The notes: generated by a model not told the origin, from the sequence alone. Positions 17,586 to 27,869 are shown, counted from the stretch's first letter. The stretch is DNA of 64,000 bases from an uncultured Desulfovibrionaceae bacterium (GCA_964567295.1 CAZMLU010000001.1:8606-72605), one strand, 5' to 3'. Program-made: numbers and translations.

Positions 17586-18170
17586 TTAATTGTTCCATAA
17601 CTCGGGGAAAATATAAACAGATAATAAATAGACCAGAGCAATAAAATTGGCATTGCCGAACAAGACGGCAATAAAAACAGGCCAAAACTTAACCCTCCCC
17701 AGCCCCAGGGCAATCATTAAGATATCCTGGGGCAGGGGAGCGATGGAAGTGTAAATATAGGCGAATAAAGGCACCTTCCAGGGGTTTCTTTTGTTTATCC
17801 AAATGGAAAATATTTTTAAGCGTTTGTTCGTAAATTCGTCCAGAGCATAATGTCCTTTATATCCCAGGAAAAAAAAGACTGTATCCCCAATAGCACAGGC
17901 AGGAGCTGCTAAAAACACGAGGTAAAAAACATTAAATTCACCGCTACTGGCCAGGGTTATAAGAGATATATAATAAGGCAAAGATGTAAATCCGGAGACA
18001 CCTATTAAAGCAGTCAGAAAAATAACAAGATATCCCGTTTCTACCCCTATAAGCTCAACCAGTTCCCTCGGTGAAGCAAAAAACAGAAAACCGATCCAGA
18101 TTAAGACGAATAACAAAAGGATTATAAACCCCTTATGTTTTTTTTTAAAAAATTTCCGTGTTTTCACCAA
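17586..18170 (-). CDS. Small polytopic membrane protein (DedA/VTT-like?); an AT-rich gene
   Basis: 194 aa with a basic N-terminus followed by 4 to 5 transmembrane segments. Its AT content is much higher than the flanks. The family assignment is uncertain. Confidence 0.4.
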   Translation of the reverse strand: MVKTRKFFKKKHKGFIILLLFVLIWIGFLFFASPRELVELIGVETGYLVIFLTALIGVSGFTSLPYYISLITLASSGEFNVFYLVFLAAPACAIGDTVFFFLGYKGHYALDEFTNKRLKIFSIWINKRNPWKVPLFAYIYTSIAPLPQDILMIALGLGRVKFWPVFIAVLFGNANFIALVYLLSVYIFPELWNN

Positions 18171-18222
18171 GCATTTCTCCCCAGAGGGAATATGGAGGAA
18201 ACCATAAATAATATGGTAGTTT

Positions 18223-18262
18223 GCAAAAGAGGGCGGGGTATTTAAGACCCCGCCCTCTTTTG
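18223..18262 (-). terminator. Strong bidirectional rho-independent terminator downstream of the tRNA cluster
   Basis: AAGAGGGCGGGGU-auuuaaga-ACCCCGCCCUCUU, a 12 to 13-bp GC-rich stem flanked by an A-run and a U-run. Confidence 0.75.
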
Positions 18263-18272
18263 CGCTTGTAAG

Positions 18273-18349
<77 letters not shown>

Positions 18350-18355
18350 ATGGCA

Positions 18356-18450
18356 TGGCGGAGAGAGAGGGATTCGAACCCTCGAAGCGGGCTTTAACCC
18401 GCTTAATCGCTTAGCAGGCGACCGCCTTCGACCAACTCGGCCATCTCTCC
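18356..18450 (-). tRNA. tRNA-Ser (anticodon GCU)
   Basis: Manual fold: anticodon loop CUGCUAA, long variable arm, GGAGAGA acceptor, CCA. Confidence 0.9.
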
Positions 18451-18465
18451 GCGTTTTTCGCGCTC

Positions 18466-18553
18466 TGGCGGAGGGGGTGGGATTCGAACCCACGGCTCTT
18501 ACGAGTCACCGGTTTTCAAGACCGGCTCCTTAAACCACTCGGACACCCCTCCC
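18466..18553 (-). tRNA. tRNA-Ser (anticodon UGA)
   Basis: Manual fold: anticodon loop CUUGAAA, long variable arm, GGGAGGG acceptor, CCA. Confidence 0.9.
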
Positions 18554-18565
18554 CTTGCGTTTTTT

Positions 18566-18594
18566 AGTATAACATACCCTAAAATTATAGTCAA
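18566..18594 (-). promoter_or_regulatory. Sigma-A-type promoter for the tRNA-Ser/Ser/Arg cluster
   Basis: On the minus strand: TTGACT, a 17-nt spacer, then TATACT, 11 nt before the tRNA-Ser(UGA) 5' end. Confidence 0.6.
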
Positions 18595-18721
18595 TAAGCG
18601 CTGCTGCCCCAAAAAGCCGGACCCCAACACCCCAATTTTTAAGGCAGTATAGCAAGACAGGCCGCTAAGCTATAAAGACCTTGTCACGGTAACCGGCCAA
18701 GCAAACGCTCCGTGATCTCAC

Positions 18722-20608
18722 CTATTGCTCCGCCTGGCTGAGCTGAGCCAACCCCAGCCTTTTCAGGGTTTCAGCCGTGGGAATACCGTTATCGTCCCAT
18801 CCCCGCAGCTGATAGTAGCGTGAAAGCATGTTCAACAGTTCGGCATGCGAAATAGATGATCCAGAGCTGGCGCCACGCGGAAGAGGCTCGCTCACCCTTC
18901 CGGGCAGTGTATCGTGGGCACGGTTGAAGCCTTCCCGAACATTGAACATGCGGCAAAGATTGTAAACCCTTTCCCCCAGGAGCATGAGCTTTGTTACCGA
19001 ATAATCATTGCCGGTGATTATTCGCAACAGCTCGGAAAGAAAAGCGGGGGTTACGGGTCCTGAATCCCAAGCGATAAAGCGGCAGATGATCAGGGTATCC
19101 TGAAAAGAACGCAGGTCCTGGGCGATAACTTCAAATTCAGGCTTCAGTTTTTTGGACATGCGCGAAATAGCCCTGAACTTTTTGTCCAGGCCGATGGAAG
19201 GCATAAGTCTTCCCGATTCGATAGTTTCATCGTGCATACCCTGCATGTGACAGGCCCCGCGGTTGGAAGTAGCATAGGAAAGGCCCTGCCCTACCTTGGC
19301 CCTGGGCATATGCACCGCAAAAGCCTGGTTTTTAACCTGCATGGCAAAGTAGGGGGAAGCACGGCCAACCATACGGGAGGCCTCCTCCAGGCCTTCGGCG
19401 AGGAGGGCCCCCAGGCCCTTTTTATAGGCGATATCCTTTATCAAGCCCAGCAGTGCCTCTTCGTTACCCCAGGTCAACTCCAAACCACCGGTATCTTCCT
19501 TGCTCAGGTATCCCTTCTCGTAGCATTCCATGGCCCAGGCAATGGACAGGCCGGTATTAATCCCGTCCAATCCGTAGTGGTTGCAGAGTTCGTGGGCCTT
19601 GGCTACAGCGGAAAGGTTGAAAATGCCCACGCAGCTGCCAAGGGCTCCGATGGTTTCAAATTCGGGACCACCATAGGCAGTATTGTTGGTCTTATAAGGA
19701 CCATCCTTCACCTGCACGACCCTTTTACAGGCCACGGGACAACCCGGGCAGGCCTCTCGACCGATGAGAATCGTGTCCGTCATGGTCTCTCCCATGAGCG
19801 GGTTGATATTCTCGGAATAACCTTCCCGAAAATTGTAGGCGGGATACATACCCATTTCGTTATAAGGACCCACACCGCTGGCTGTGCCATAATTCCTTAA
19901 GACCTGGCAGCCGGCATCTTCCCTGGTATGCTGGTTAAGTTCCTTAATACGGTCCCGCAGGCGTTCAGGCTCGGCTACTTCCGTATCCTGGCCGCCAAAG
20001 GTTACCACCGCTTTGAGATTTTTGGAGCCCAGCACAGCTCCTGCTCCACTGCGTCCGGAAACACGATTGAAGCCGTTTATCACACAGGCATAGCGGACCA
20101 GGTTTTCTCCGGCCGGACCGATAGTAGCTACCTGCAGCCTTTTATTAGCATAATCGAAACGGATCTTTTCAGTTGTCTCCGCCACTCCCAAACCCCACAG
20201 GTGGGAAGCATCTTTCAGGGCAATTTCTTCATCGGTAGCCATCAAATAGAGGGGTCTTGAGGCTTTGCCCTGCACGATAATCAGATCAAACCCGGCTCTT
20301 TTCAGCATACGCCCAAAAGCCCCGCCGGCGTTTGCATCGCCCCAACCCCCGGTAAGAGGGGACTTGAAGCAGAGAAGATGGCGGCTCGAGCCGGGCAGAT
20401 TGGTGTTGTCGAAAGGCCCGGTGCTAAAGATCAGGCGGTTCTCAGGGCCAAGAGGATCTGCCCCGGCCGGGACTTCCTCATAAAGAAAATGGGCCCCCAG
20501 GCCGCGGCCTCCCACGTACTTCTGAACCAGTTCTTCTGCCAGCACTTCTGTCTTGACCTCTTCCCTGGTTAAATCCACCCTTAATATTTTTCCGCTGTAA
20601 CCGTACAC
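18722..20608 (-). CDS. aor: Tungsten-containing aldehyde:ferredoxin oxidoreductase (AOR family)
   Basis: 628 aa; the N-terminus MYGYSGKILRVDL (GTG start) and AOR family length and motifs (CPGCPVACK, the [4Fe-4S] and pterin-binding regions). Confidence 0.85.
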   Translation of the reverse strand: MYGYSGKILRVDLTREEVKTEVLAEELVQKYVGGRGLGAHFLYEEVPAGADPLGPENRLIFSTGPFDNTNLPGSSRHLLCFKSPLTGGWGDANAGGAFGRMLKRAGFDLIIVQGKASRPLYLMATDEEIALKDASHLWGLGVAETTEKIRFDYANKRLQVATIGPAGENLVRYACVINGFNRVSGRSGAGAVLGSKNLKAVVTFGGQDTEVAEPERLRDRIKELNQHTREDAGCQVLRNYGTASGVGPYNEMGMYPAYNFREGYSENINPLMGETMTDTILIGREACPGCPVACKRVVQVKDGPYKTNNTAYGGPEFETIGALGSCVGIFNLSAVAKAHELCNHYGLDGINTGLSIAWAMECYEKGYLSKEDTGGLELTWGNEEALLGLIKDIAYKKGLGALLAEGLEEASRMVGRASPYFAMQVKNQAFAVHMPRAKVGQGLSYATSNRGACHMQGMHDETIESGRLMPSIGLDKKFRAISRMSKKLKPEFEVIAQDLRSFQDTLIICRFIAWDSGPVTPAFLSELLRIITGNDYSVTKLMLLGERVYNLCRMFNVREGFNRAHDTLPGRVSEPLPRGASSGSSISHAELLNMLSRYYQLRGWDDNGIPTAETLKRLGLAQLSQAEQ

Positions 20609-20735
20609 ACTACCACGCCTTTCCCTTTAAGCTGTATTGCAATCCACCAAATATATTGTAGCAGATACATCCAAAGCATTTTAATAGCAGAGGAAATCCA
20701 AAAATTTTGTCCGCAGCGCAGCTGACCAATGCTGC

Positions 20736-22124
20736 TTAATCCAGCACGCGGGCAAAAGAATATTTTTCTAAAAATTTTTGTATACCTTCTTTCAGGTAAA
20801 CTTCTTCTGCTTCATCGGCAGGGCAGCGTAAATTTTCCCAACTCTCCCATAAGGGTTGTAGCAGTTTTTCTTCACCCAAGCCCCTTTTTTGCAGACCTTT
20901 TTCTGCTATCTGCAGCACCTCATAGCAGATATCCTTGATTCTCTCACCGGCCATATGTGCCTGCATGCCGTTGCGGAGCGCATCCTCCCGCCCTTCTTCC
21001 AGGTCTTCCCATTCAAAGGTATCCACAAAAGACTGGGCTGGAAGCAGCTTCTCCATAATGCCCAGGGTAAAGGCCGCCGGAACCAGCAGTCTGCCTGGAG
21101 GCTGCTGGCAGTTGACACGGTTCTCCAGGGTATAGTAGCCGGAAAGCCGCGCATCGTTCCAGCAGAAGGTGTAGTGCAGGTCAAAATCTTCATCTCTGGG
21201 GACAAGGGGGACCCTCTCCCCATTTTCCGTTTCACCGGTCGCCTTTTTGGCTGCTGCCCAGTACTCGGCAAAAGAGGAGTAGTGCCCGATCCCGTAGTAT
21301 TCTTTATCCCGCTTGACGTAGACCGGCTTAAAACCGGAAATAAAGATCATATAATCTGTAAGGGAGCCAAAACGGCGCGGAGTCATACCGACACGGGGAT
21401 TGCCGGGTAGCCAGCGGTGCCATAAATTTTGGCTAAGGGCCTTATACTCGCGGTCTACCGTTCCGCCCCAGATATTAGAATTAGCATTCAGGGCAACCTC
21501 CATCCCCGAAAGGGCGTTAAAGACATTGACTGCCGCTGCCGTTTCTTCCGTAGTGACATCCACGTGGACCTGGTTGGTGCAGGTCACGGTAAAATAATTT
21601 ACCCTGCGGTTTCCGAAAGATTTATTCCAAAAAAGGTTGCGCTGCTTTTTGGTCATCAAGTCGTCGCTGGGAGAAGTAAGGGGCTGCATACCATAACAGA
21701 GGAAATAAACTCCTCCGCCTTGCTGCTCCCGGAAATTTTCCAACAGCTCCGCCAGAAATTTAATTTTTTCTTGCAAATACCAGAGATTTTCTTTGTAGCC
21801 CAGGGATAGCTCCAGCTTGCAGTAACCGGTTTCGGTGCCGGCCAGGTCTTCTGCAGGTTCTCCATTCAGCGTAGCACCGATGGGCTGCTTATAATAAGGA
21901 TCGGTAATTACATCCCACCCTTCTGTCCCCAGGAATTCCCATAATTTTTGCATGGTTTCCCGGGAGACTGCCTCGCCTTTGTGGTTAACCACCGGGAATT
22001 TTAGCTCCACGCCCACATGCCTTTTTCCTCCTTCCCTTTCTTCGTCCTTCTCCTCGAAGCTCTCCTCCCATTGTTCTATAACTTCATCCAGCTGATCATT
22101 GTCCTTATGGTTTAACATAATCAC
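20736..22124 (-). CDS. Carboxylate-amine ligase of the glutamate-cysteine ligase family 2 (GCS2/EgtA/YbdK-like)
   Basis: 462 aa; an HVGVELKF... N-terminal motif and an NQVHVDV motif typical of GCS2-type gamma-glutamyl ligases. The assignment is moderate. Confidence 0.5.
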   Translation of the reverse strand: MIMLNHKDNDQLDEVIEQWEESFEEKDEEREGGKRHVGVELKFPVVNHKGEAVSRETMQKLWEFLGTEGWDVITDPYYKQPIGATLNGEPAEDLAGTETGYCKLELSLGYKENLWYLQEKIKFLAELLENFREQQGGGVYFLCYGMQPLTSPSDDLMTKKQRNLFWNKSFGNRRVNYFTVTCTNQVHVDVTTEETAAAVNVFNALSGMEVALNANSNIWGGTVDREYKALSQNLWHRWLPGNPRVGMTPRRFGSLTDYMIFISGFKPVYVKRDKEYYGIGHYSSFAEYWAAAKKATGETENGERVPLVPRDEDFDLHYTFCWNDARLSGYYTLENRVNCQQPPGRLLVPAAFTLGIMEKLLPAQSFVDTFEWEDLEEGREDALRNGMQAHMAGERIKDICYEVLQIAEKGLQKRGLGEEKLLQPLWESWENLRCPADEAEEVYLKEGIQKFLEKYSFARVLD

Positions 22125-22332
22125 TCTCTCCCCACAAATAGAATAAAATTGCAGAAACGGGCCCTGAACGCTCCGCTTACAATACCTGTTCCAACAGGGG
22201 CGCTTAATTCATTTAAACGGTCCTGATAGTTAAAGGGCTGTAAGTAATGAGCAAAAGAGCCCGTAAGCTGTTTTTATCTTTATATTATGGCACCAAAAAC
22301 TTTTTCTTTCTATGTTCTTTTACGGGCCTGCC

Positions 22333-23586
22333 TTACATGATCTGTCCGCTACCTTCTACTACGTACTTATAAGAGGTAAGATCTCGCAGGCCAACCGGCC
22401 CGCGGGCGTGTAGTTTATCGGTAGAAAGGCCTACTTCGGCACCCATTCCCAACTGTTCTCCGTCATTGAACATGGTGGAAGCATTCACCAGCACAACTCC
22501 TGAGTCTACTTTACGGGTAAATTTTTTTGCGGCGTTGTAATCATCGGTAACGATTACATCTGTATGGTGGGAGCCGTAGGTGTTGATGTGTTCAACGGCT
22601 TCCTCCAGTGAGGCTACCACTTTTACCGAAAAGATGAGATCCAGATATTCTGTGCTCCAGTCCTCTTCGGTGGCATCCTCCATCCATCCCAAGATTTCCT
22701 TGGCCTTGGAGCACCCCTTAAGCGTTACACCGTCCTTTACCAACGCTTCGGCTACAGGGGGTAAGAGGCGTCTTGCTGCTTTTTCGTGGATCAACAGGGT
22801 CTCTGCCGCATTGCATACCTCTGGCATGAGGAGCTTGGAGTTGTGAGTTACTTTAACGGCAACCCCCTCCGGGGCGCTTTGATCCAGGTAGACATGGCAG
22901 ATGCCATTATAATGCTTAATGATAGGCACCGTGCCATTTTTCTTGACCAGGTCTATAAGACCCACCCCACCGCGGGGTATAAGGAGATCCAGGTATTCAT
23001 CCAGGGTAATAAGCGTATTGACTGCCTCGCGATCGGAGCTGCTGATTACTTGCAGCGCTTCGGTGGGAAGGCCACTTTGTTTTAGTGTTTTTTCCCAGAG
23101 TTCGCCCATTATACTAATGCTGCGCAGCGCTTCGGACCCACCTCTCATTATAGCTGCGTTACCGGCTTTGAGACAAAGAGCGCCCACGTTGGGAACTACA
23201 TGAGGACGCGCTTCAAAGATCATGCCCACTACTCCGATAGGGACCCGCATTTTTTTGACCTCCAGACCGCCGGGACGCCTGTTGCAATAATCGGTGTCTC
23301 CCACCGGATCAGGAAGCGCGGCGATACCTTCCAGGGCGGCTGCACGCGATTCAATCTTAGCCCGGTCGAATTTGAGGCGATTGAGAAGGTTGGGGTTTAT
23401 GCCTTTTTCCTGGGCTTCCTTGCAATCATCCTGGTTTGCCTGGGCTACCTCGCTGATATTCTCCCGCAGCTTGTGGGCCATAAGAAGCAGTGCCTCGTTT
23501 TTGGGGGCCGTCTCTGTAGTAGCCAGGATCCTGGAAGCTTCCTTCGCCTTTCGGGCCTTTTCTCTGACAATATCGGCAATTTTCAC
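22333..23586 (-). CDS. proA: Gamma-glutamyl phosphate reductase (glutamate-5-semialdehyde dehydrogenase)
   Basis: 417 aa; full-length ProA-like ALDH fold (VPIGVVGMIFEARPHV..., the catalytic Cys region). There is no proB nearby. Confidence 0.85.
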   Translation of the reverse strand: MKIADIVREKARKAKEASRILATTETAPKNEALLLMAHKLRENISEVAQANQDDCKEAQEKGINPNLLNRLKFDRAKIESRAAALEGIAALPDPVGDTDYCNRRPGGLEVKKMRVPIGVVGMIFEARPHVVPNVGALCLKAGNAAIMRGGSEALRSISIMGELWEKTLKQSGLPTEALQVISSSDREAVNTLITLDEYLDLLIPRGGVGLIDLVKKNGTVPIIKHYNGICHVYLDQSAPEGVAVKVTHNSKLLMPEVCNAAETLLIHEKAARRLLPPVAEALVKDGVTLKGCSKAKEILGWMEDATEEDWSTEYLDLIFSVKVVASLEEAVEHINTYGSHHTDVIVTDDYNAAKKFTRKVDSGVVLVNASTMFNDGEQLGMGAEVGLSTDKLHARGPVGLRDLTSYKYVVEGSGQIM

Positions 23587-23626
23587 GAGAACACCATCCT
23601 TTTTATCTTTTTTCTAAACCTCAAAC

Positions 23627-24277
23627 CTATTCAATACCAAGCTCGTTTTTTACCACTTTTACTGCTTCCAGTACATTTTCTCCATAAAGATCAGCCTTGA
23701 TTTCTTCGGCAAACTCTTCTGTTACCGGTGCTCCGCCCACGATGATCTTAAGCTTACCATCTTTTCTAAACCCTGCACCGTCTATGGCTTCCACTGTCTG
23801 CGTCATGGCCGGCATGGTGCTGGTAAGCAGCGCGGACATACCTACTATATTGGGTTTGTATTTTTCAATAGCATCTACAAAGGCACCTGGAGCAACATTG
23901 ATACCGATATCGATCACTTCAAAACCGTTTGCGGTAAACATCATCTCTACCAGGCTTTTACCGATATCGTGGATATCTCCTTCCACTGTCCCCAGAACCA
24001 TCTTGCCCTTCATCCTCACTTCTTTCTGCTGGGATTCCAACAAGGGGCGCAGTATTTCCAGGGCCGAGTGCATGGTGCGAGCAGAAAGCATTACTTCGGG
24101 AATAAACATTTCATCTGCCGCAAAGCTCTTGCTTACCACTTCCATGCCCGACATGAGTCCTTCTTCCAGAACTACCTCCGGCTCCATGCCTTCATCCAAC
24201 GCTTTCTGTACCAGGGATTTTACCCCATCGATATCTCCTTCAATTATAGTCTTAGATAGTTCTTCCATCATTGACAT
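23627..24277 (-). CDS. Corrinoid (B12-binding) protein of a methyltransferase system
   Basis: A B12-binding cap plus a Rossmann fold with the DxHxxG motif (GDIHDIGKS). Start set at the internal Met (MSMMEEL) to avoid overlap with the upstream gene. Confidence 0.8.
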   Translation of the reverse strand: MSMMEELSKTIIEGDIDGVKSLVQKALDEGMEPEVVLEEGLMSGMEVVSKSFAADEMFIPEVMLSARTMHSALEILRPLLESQQKEVRMKGKMVLGTVEGDIHDIGKSLVEMMFTANGFEVIDIGINVAPGAFVDAIEKYKPNIVGMSALLTSTMPAMTQTVEAIDGAGFRKDGKLKIIVGGAPVTEEFAEEIKADLYGENVLEAVKVVKNELGIE

Positions 24278-24305
24278 AAATAAAAATCTCCTTTCCTGTT
24301 GAGTA

Positions 24306-25118
24306 TCATATAACCAGAACGCCTTTGCGGAAAGCCCGTAGATATTTTCCACAGTACGGGTCTTGTCCTGTTAAGGCCCGGGTGGCAAAGACAGAACTCA
24401 TTACCGCCTTATCTAAGGGATTAAGAAGGGCAGAATCCAGGCCCACTCCCATAGCCAGAACCAGGTATGTCCTATTGAGAAGAGCACGCTGGGGCAGGCC
24501 GTGAGAAATGTTGGTCAAACCGATTGTAGTCTTAACACCCAGTTTATCTCTGAATTGTTGCAGTGACTCCAAGGTTACCTCGCCGCTTTTGTCATCAACA
24601 CCCAGGGGAAAAGCCAACGGGTCAAAGTAAAAACTCTCCTTCGAGAAACCCATTTTCTCAGCCCGTTCTAATATTTCAGTGGCCACCTGGAGCCGGCCTT
24701 CCACATCCTTGGGTATACCTTTATCGGTAGCAGGGAGGGCAACAACAGAGCAATCGTACTGGCGAGCCAGTTCCAGGAAGGGTTCCAATCTCCCTTCTTC
24801 AGCGCTGATCGAATTAAGCATGGCTCCCTGACCGAACGCTTTCAAGCCTGACTCTAAAACTTCTATACTCGTAGTATCAATTGTCAAAGGTTTCTGTGTT
24901 ACTTCTTTGATCAACTCTACCGCCCATTTCATATCTTCTACTTCCTTTTCAGCTTTTCCCCTGCCGGTAGCCACATTGACATCTATATAATCTGCACCGG
25001 CTTCGTCCTGTTGCCGGGCTAAATCCTGAATAAAATCGCTATCGTGGTTGATAACAGCCTCCCGCACCGATTTGCGTGTGGCGTTAATAAGTTCTCCGAT
25101 AATAAGCATAAAAACCAC
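24306..25118 (-). CDS. Methyl-corrinoid:tetrahydrofolate methyltransferase (pterin-binding MtrH/MtgA/AcsE-like, the MT2 component)
   Basis: 270 aa; a pterin-binding TIM barrel (IGELINATRKS ... DYIDVNV ... LTIDTT). Confidence 0.75.
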   Translation of the reverse strand: MVFMLIIGELINATRKSVREAVINHDSDFIQDLARQQDEAGADYIDVNVATGRGKAEKEVEDMKWAVELIKEVTQKPLTIDTTSIEVLESGLKAFGQGAMLNSISAEEGRLEPFLELARQYDCSVVALPATDKGIPKDVEGRLQVATEILERAEKMGFSKESFYFDPLAFPLGVDDKSGEVTLESLQQFRDKLGVKTTIGLTNISHGLPQRALLNRTYLVLAMGVGLDSALLNPLDKAVMSSVFATRALTGQDPYCGKYLRAFRKGVLVI

Positions 25119-25151
25119 TCCTTATTAATTGATCTTCCTGGTCTGGCGGTC

Positions 25152-26588
25152 TTACTTGATCTCCTTGAAATCTGCCTGGACTTTTTCCCGTGGCCCCTGC
25201 TGTAAGGGGTCTGCCTGATGATTCTTTAACAATTCTTTGGCAATCCTCCTGGCACGCTCAGCGGCATCCAGGGAACCATCTTTTTCCCAAAGTTTTCTGG
25301 ACTGCCTATCCGAAACTTTCGTATAGTAAAATTCGTTACGAAAATGTTTGATCGTGTGCTGCTCCGAGAGAAAGTTTCCGCCCGGGCCAACACGACGGAG
25401 CACTTCTTCGGCAAGAGTATCTTCATTAACCTCTATTCCCTTTACGGCTCTGAGGCAGATACCGATAATCTCGTTATCGATCACCATCTGCTCATAAGAA
25501 GCAGTTGTGCAGAACTCCAGGATCCCCGCAGCGTCATGAATATAGTTGGCACCGGCCAGAGAGGCTATCATTGAAGTAGCAGCTTTTTCATATCCCGCCT
25601 GGCAGTCAGGCAATTTACTATCAGACATACCTGCTGTGGCATAAAAAGGAATACCGTAATGTTGAGCCATCTGTGCCAAACCGGAGTTGATCAACCCCGA
25701 CTCAATACTTCCGGCCAGGTAAGAACCTGATTTCATATCCATGTTGGTAGCCACGGAACCATAAAGAGTTGGGGTGCCTGGGTTTACCAGTTGGGCCAGG
25801 ATAACCCCGGTCAAGGTTTCTATATTATTGGTAGCGATAGTGCCGGCCAGTGTACAAGGGCCGGTAGCACCGGCCAACGGCTCAGCAGGTGTCGCCAGGG
25901 GCAAGCCCTGGCGTGCCACTTCAATGAGAAAATCGGTATACTTGTTATCCAACAACATTGGACTCATAACGCAGGTTATGAAAGAAACAAAAGGTCTTTC
26001 CCTTAATTTGGCAGGCCCGCCGGCCAGCATCTCAGACATTTGTATCACTCGCTTAAGGCCTTCTAAGGTATAGGTTCCACCCATCACATGCTTGGAGGTG
26101 TTGGAAAAAGAGTGGAAAAAGCGGTTAACATCCACTTCCTGCAACTGCAGGTCCGTAGGGTATACGTTGATCACAAAAAAGGATACATTGTCAAGGGCAT
26201 CGGTTATCAGGGCAAAGTTTTTAACGTCTTCCAGGGTTGTGGGTCGCCGCTGGCCAGTCTCCAGGTCCAGGCAATTCAGCACTGTCCCACCGGTTCCCGA
26301 GTAGGTACGAGAGCCTTCCAGGGTCAGATCATGCTCTTCTTTGCGGCCGCAGAGGACCACCTTAGAAGGTGCAGAGTTTACCGCTTCTTCCAGCATAGAC
26401 CGTGGGATCTTCACAATCTGGGTTTCGTGGTCAACACCTGCCCCTTTTTGTTCAAAAATCTCCAGCGCCTGATTGTTGGGAATCTTGACCCCTACTTCTT
26501 CCATAAGACGCACAGTCATTTCATGAATGGAGTTAATATCTTTGTCGGTGAGAGGTTTGAAGCGCCCACCCTGTTCACCATGTATCAT
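25152..26588 (-). CDS. MttB-superfamily quaternary-amine:corrinoid methyltransferase (non-pyrrolysine member)
   Basis: 478 aa, uninterrupted (no in-frame TAG). The N-terminal LTDKDINSIHEMTVRLMEEVGV pattern and the length are typical of the MttB/MtgB family. Confidence 0.85.
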   Translation of the reverse strand: MIHGEQGGRFKPLTDKDINSIHEMTVRLMEEVGVKIPNNQALEIFEQKGAGVDHETQIVKIPRSMLEEAVNSAPSKVVLCGRKEEHDLTLEGSRTYSGTGGTVLNCLDLETGQRRPTTLEDVKNFALITDALDNVSFFVINVYPTDLQLQEVDVNRFFHSFSNTSKHVMGGTYTLEGLKRVIQMSEMLAGGPAKLRERPFVSFITCVMSPMLLDNKYTDFLIEVARQGLPLATPAEPLAGATGPCTLAGTIATNNIETLTGVILAQLVNPGTPTLYGSVATNMDMKSGSYLAGSIESGLINSGLAQMAQHYGIPFYATAGMSDSKLPDCQAGYEKAATSMIASLAGANYIHDAAGILEFCTTASYEQMVIDNEIIGICLRAVKGIEVNEDTLAEEVLRRVGPGGNFLSEQHTIKHFRNEFYYTKVSDRQSRKLWEKDGSLDAAERARRIAKELLKNHQADPLQQGPREKVQADFKEIK

Positions 26589-26621
26589 TTAACAGCCTCC
26601 TAATCGATTGTTTTATAACTA

Positions 26622-27866
26622 CTACTTGGTTACACGAATGATCGACACCAGCCCGTGTCCCAACCCCATACCCCGTTGCAAGCTCATCTCCAAGCTGCGC
26701 AGGGCCAGTCCCAGCTGAGTCTCGATGAGATCGGCGCGTACATCACCGTAAAGTTCACGGCTGGCATCCACTGTAACTTTCATGGCCTTGTACCCTTTCT
26801 TTAAGGCCGGGAAAGAAGTTTCCGGCTCCCTGGGGTGAGCGGCGCCCCGATTGTCATAATGTTCCAGCAGATCGATTGTATAATTTATGAGGGAGTTCCA
26901 GGCTCCCGCCAGGTTGGAAAGTATCCTGTTCTGCCAGGCAAAGCCTTCCTTGGGGCGGTAGTCGACCAGCAGGTCGGGGAAATAGGTACGCAGGCCGGGC
27001 TCAAAAAGAGAGGAGACCATCAGACGGAGAAGCTGGGGGTTATCATTGTAGGTTCCCGTCTCCATATGGCGCCCCACAAAAATGGAACGGTCAAAAAAGC
27101 GCAAAATCTCCAGGTCAACTCCAGTTTTTTGGGAAGCTCTATCCACAATCTCTGAAACCTCTTGTGGAGTCATGAGCCTCATTGGAAAAGAGGAAACCTC
27201 TATTTCGTCTCGCTGCTCCTCGTCGTAGAGGTAATTGATTTTGTAATCAATATAGGGGCGCTGATGAATATCTTGAGTCCACAAGTTTTGCCACTCGTAA
27301 GAGTAACGACCGACCCAGTCCCCGAGAATAATGCTGCCATCATGGCCATGCCTGGCGATATCCATCAACAGCTTTTCTATCTCCTGGTCTGTACAGTGCG
27401 AAAATGTCCCGTAGGAGGTAAAGTAGAGATCATAGGGCGCTTCATTCTCCTCCAGGGGAAGCCCGTCGGAAAAATCACCTTTGCAGAAGTTGACATGATC
27501 GTAATGCCCCAGGAGGTTTTCACCTTCTTTGAGCAGCTCAATGCTCAGATCCACTCCTTTATAATGCTCTAAAAGCTCTTCCGGTATAAGGCGGTTATCA
27601 TGTTCCGAGAGCCGGGACTTGGCCGGAAGAGTGCTAAGGAGCTGGTAACCGTCCCCGGTCCCACATCCCAGGTCATAAAAACGCAGCCCTTCTTTCTCCT
27701 TTTTCTTTTCGTTCACGATGGACTCCAGGTAAGGCCTCAAGAAAAAGCAGGTAATCATATCTTCCCAGACCACTCGAACATGATCATATTTTCCGCGCAG
27801 ACTTCGGACATGTTCACTGTATCGACCATGAGCAACCGCTTCTTGGTAAGCTTCATTAGCTTTCAT
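26622..27866 (-). CDS. Class I SAM-dependent methyltransferase, EgtD-like (histidine-specific Methyltransf_33-like), with a roughly 200-aa C-terminal extension
   Basis: 414 aa; motif I FYDLGCGTGDG, GVDLS, F.KGDF...LP and FTSYGTFSH ... HDGSIILGDWV. The last of these echoes the EgtD motifs (CGDF; FLGSTIGN; PGDSLLLGTD). Confidence 0.55.
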   Translation of the reverse strand: MKANEAYQEAVAHGRYSEHVRSLRGKYDHVRVVWEDMITCFFLRPYLESIVNEKKKEKEGLRFYDLGCGTGDGYQLLSTLPAKSRLSEHDNRLIPEELLEHYKGVDLSIELLKEGENLLGHYDHVNFCKGDFSDGLPLEENEAPYDLYFTSYGTFSHCTDQEIEKLLMDIARHGHDGSIILGDWVGRYSYEWQNLWTQDIHQRPYIDYKINYLYDEEQRDEIEVSSFPMRLMTPQEVSEIVDRASQKTGVDLEILRFFDRSIFVGRHMETGTYNDNPQLLRLMVSSLFEPGLRTYFPDLLVDYRPKEGFAWQNRILSNLAGAWNSLINYTIDLLEHYDNRGAAHPREPETSFPALKKGYKAMKVTVDASRELYGDVRADLIETQLGLALRSLEMSLQRGMGLGHGLVSIIRVTK

Positions 27867-27869
27867 TGT

